The notes under the pieces are model-generated. The model was not told where the DNA came from, ran no database searches, and saw only the letters and a list, made by a program, of their open reading frames with translations. The translations under genes were made by a program, and so were the position numbers. From a virus (lineage: Duplodnaviria > Caudoviricetes), in the IMG/VR virus record IMGVR_UViG_3300047272_000070, positions 1 through 28,411 of that record: DNA of 28,411 nucleotides, one strand, 5' to 3'. Positions 26,009 through 28,411 of this stretch are shown piece by piece. Within the stretch, counting starts at the first letter, position 1; the number at the start of each line of letters is the position of its first letter.

Positions 26009-28385
26009 GAATAATAATCCATCTGCCCATCATGTCTCGTCCCTCCTCAGGAGCAACGCCATACTTGAATAGACCATAAGATATCAACCACTTGTAGAAC
26101 TTGGTCCTGCTGATTGTCATCTTAGACTTTGGTCCATAGTCAGGGTACTCATTCACGAAGTCATTGTACAAATCATTCTTGTACAGTCTTATCTCTGGCT
26201 CAAGCGTGTTGTTCTTAGGCTGACCTTCAACCAATCCACACCACTCAATGAAGTCATGAGATGTCTCGGCAGATAGCTGTCTGATTTTTAGGTTGACAAA
26301 CTTACTTCTAACCAGACCTGTGTTCAGGTAAGACTTAAGACATCCAATCATGTAGTTGTCAAACTCGCACCAGTCATCGTCATTCCAGTCCCCGAACATC
26401 AACTTTCCGAACTCATCCAATGGAGTAAAGGCTTTAGTGTAGTACTGGTGTAACTCCAGCTCCCACTTACGTCTAGCGAATGAGTTGCCTGACCCCTTGA
26501 TTGCATAGTTGGTAGTGATGGCAATCTTTGGGGACTTGCTGAATGGTATCTTGATAGCATCCTTGTTCTTCTTCTCTAGCGTTAGGCCCTCAGTTACCAC
26601 ACTGAATAGTCTCTCGAAGTCGAAGTACTTCTTCACGTCATCGAACACTAGTATCTGGGTGTCAGCAGAGACAAGTTGGTAGGCGAAACTTCGCTCAAAT
26701 GTGAAGGACTTTCCATCGATAGTCACAACCTTCTTCATCTTTGCTAGTGCGTTCATGAACAGGCCCTTGCCTGTGCCACCCTCAGGGTTGTCGCTTATCA
26801 CCTCATCGTTCAGGATGACAGCAGGGCAGAAGCTCAGGTTTTTGTAGCCATGTAGCAGGAATCCAATGGTACTCTCCATAGCCTCGACCCTGCCATCGTC
26901 ATCTCCGCAGATGTTACGAATGAACTTCTTATAGTTACATGCATCAGTCACATCACACATGGTGAAGTTACGGTCAATCACATGGTCCTTCCACACGTAT
27001 CCACCTAGGTCTAGGTAATCGATTGGCTTCACCCCATTCTTTGTCACCTGCACAGCACAGTTCCTGTAGTACAGGTACGATGCATCCTTGGTATCCTCAA
27101 TGAATAAGATGTCAATCGTAGATATCATTGACAGGAACTCCTCCTTGAAGAATCGAGTGTTGTCAGCGAAGTAATTGTACACCGCAATGTCATCCAGCTC
27201 CAGCAGGTGAGTAAGTATGAAGTCCTTTATCTCCTTCTCTGATGTATGGTCGATTAGGTTGTTGGTTACCTTGACGAAGATGTAGTTCTTCCCACCCTCA
27301 GGGCAGTACTTGTAGAAGCCTTTGTCCTCAAGGAACTGCTTGAATAGAATGTGTACGATGCGGATGACTCCCTTCTCGTTCTTGTTCCAAAATGTTTGCT
27401 TGGAGTTCTCCTCCTCCACCTTGTTCAAGACCGCTTCGATAGTATCCGTATCCAGTTGAGAGTCCTGTAGCTGAATACGTATTTCTTTTTTTGATACACC
27501 CCTCCTGAGCTTGGCTTTGATGGAGTTGATTCGCTCCTCGTCCTCGTAATACTTGGTTCCAAAGTTGGCAGTGTGCCGGTACGCTGAGTCAATAGTTTGA
27601 GCAATCTCCTTCACTGTAAAGTCCTCAGATGCATACTGGTTCAGCACATAGGATGCAAGGCTTTTGTTGATACCGAAGTCATTGAACGCCATGGCTAGGA
27701 TGTACACGTTTTGGTTCCGCTGTCCCTCCATCATTGGATACTTCTTGGTCCACCACTTGACAAGGATTTCAACCACCTTGTTCTCATCAGTGATAGGTAT
27801 GGTGGGGCTGTCCTTAATCTTGCTTATCTCTGTGTACTCTGGCTCCTCAATCTTGTCCCAGACAGATGAGTTCTCGTTCACATAAATCAATGCATCGTAT
27901 GACTCGTAGCATACACGTGATACGTTCTTGCTTGTCTTATCAAAGTACTGACTGTTGAAGTACTTCTCTAGACTGTTGAAGTAGTTGATGTGATTCTCAG
28001 GGTCAGCTGGAATCTTTACCAGAACCTTAAGCCCATTACCTGATGGGGATACGAATACAGAGTACACAAACTTATTCTTTGATAGGTTCTCCTTGTCTTC
28101 TAACAAGTCCTTGTTCTTGGCATAGCCATCAAAGTCTAGGCATATCAGACCACTGTGTTCTTTTAAGTAGGCATCCCCTCTCTTTGGAAAAATCCCACTG
28201 AAACATATCGCTGGTAACTTTTTCTTTAATTCATTACGCTCAGCCTTTGTCTTCTCTGCCCTAATCTTTTTTACCAGTTCTTTGGAAGAACCTTCCTTAA
28301 TTCTGTTGAGAATAACACCAACATTCCTGTAGAATGGGGTGCTAGTCTCCTTGATATCCTGAAATATCGTCACTTGATGTACCAT
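25992..28385 (-). CDS. Primase-helicase: BT4734/VirE-N-like AEP primase domain, PriCT, and SF3/D5-like helicase
   Basis: 'KKKLPAICFSG', 'CLDFD', 'FVSPSGNGLK', 'SRVCYESYD', PriCT 'GQRNQNVYILA', Walker A 'GGTGKGL', Walker B 'LVFDD', motif C 'ITTN'. Confidence 0.88.
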   Translation of the reverse strand: MVHQVTIFQDIKETSTPFYRNVGVILNRIKEGSSKELVKKIRAEKTKAERNELKKKLPAICFSGIFPKRGDAYLKEHSGLICLDFDGYAKNKDLLEDKENLSKNKFVYSVFVSPSGNGLKVLVKIPADPENHINYFNSLEKYFNSQYFDKTSKNVSRVCYESYDALIYVNENSSVWDKIEEPEYTEISKIKDSPTIPITDENKVVEILVKWWTKKYPMMEGQRNQNVYILAMAFNDFGINKSLASYVLNQYASEDFTVKEIAQTIDSAYRHTANFGTKYYEDEERINSIKAKLRRGVSKKEIRIQLQDSQLDTDTIEAVLNKVEEENSKQTFWNKNEKGVIRIVHILFKQFLEDKGFYKYCPEGGKNYIFVKVTNNLIDHTSEKEIKDFILTHLLELDDIAVYNYFADNTRFFKEEFLSMISTIDILFIEDTKDASYLYYRNCAVQVTKNGVKPIDYLDLGGYVWKDHVIDRNFTMCDVTDACNYKKFIRNICGDDDGRVEAMESTIGFLLHGYKNLSFCPAVILNDEVISDNPEGGTGKGLFMNALAKMKKVVTIDGKSFTFERSFAYQLVSADTQILVFDDVKKYFDFERLFSVVTEGLTLEKKNKDAIKIPFSKSPKIAITTNYAIKGSGNSFARRKWELELHQYYTKAFTPLDEFGKLMFGDWNDDDWCEFDNYMIGCLKSYLNTGLVRSKFVNLKIRQLSAETSHDFIEWCGLVEGQPKNNTLEPEIRLYKNDLYNDFVNEYPDYGPKSKMTISRTKFYKWLISYGLFKYGVAPEEGRDMMGRWIIIHEQDS
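27447..27492 (-). promoter_or_regulatory. Candidate -1 ribosomal frameshift signal within the primase-helicase
   Basis: In-frame A AAA AAA, 6-nt spacer GAAATA, 9-bp stem CGTATTCAG/CTGGATACG (one G-U) with a 15-nt loop. Confidence 0.5.
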
Positions 28386-28411
28386 AAATGTCGTAAATAT
28401 GTCGTGTAACT

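Noticed and set aside
1-28411. Stop-codon reassignment as in some crAss-like phages
   Set aside because: Long ORFs are intact under the standard code, and both TAG and TGA serve as apparent stops.

Overview
Segment of a tailed dsDNA phage genome, most likely a podovirus-type phage of Bacteroidota with a crAss-like (Crassvirales-related) structural module. The + strand (1-21580) is a late operon: a post-capsid conserved gene, two ring/tail-tubular-like proteins, a muzzle/stabilisation protein that appears split around Cys-rich decoration modules, a GNAT-like protein, two probable ejection proteins, and a 3216-aa polyvalent protein with ParB-like and HExxH metallopeptidase domains. The convergent - strand (21577-28385) carries a primase-helicase, an SF2 helicase, three aberrant tRNA-like RNAs, small paralogous ORFs, an 11-bp-phased repeat array, a VRR-NUC nuclease and a DnaA-domain-IV-like protein. 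The most notable signals are missing from the ORF track: (i) a 43-aa 'MPFKS...' gene overprinted in the +1 frame of the giant gene; (ii) two similar A-run plus hairpin candidate -1 frameshift sites, one giving the giant protein a short aromatic-tailed isoform and one cutting the primase-helicase at its domain boundary; (iii) tRNA scaffolds with near-identical acceptor/D/T arms but unrelated, expanded anticodon domains. All family assignments come from motif recognition by eye, not from database searches.
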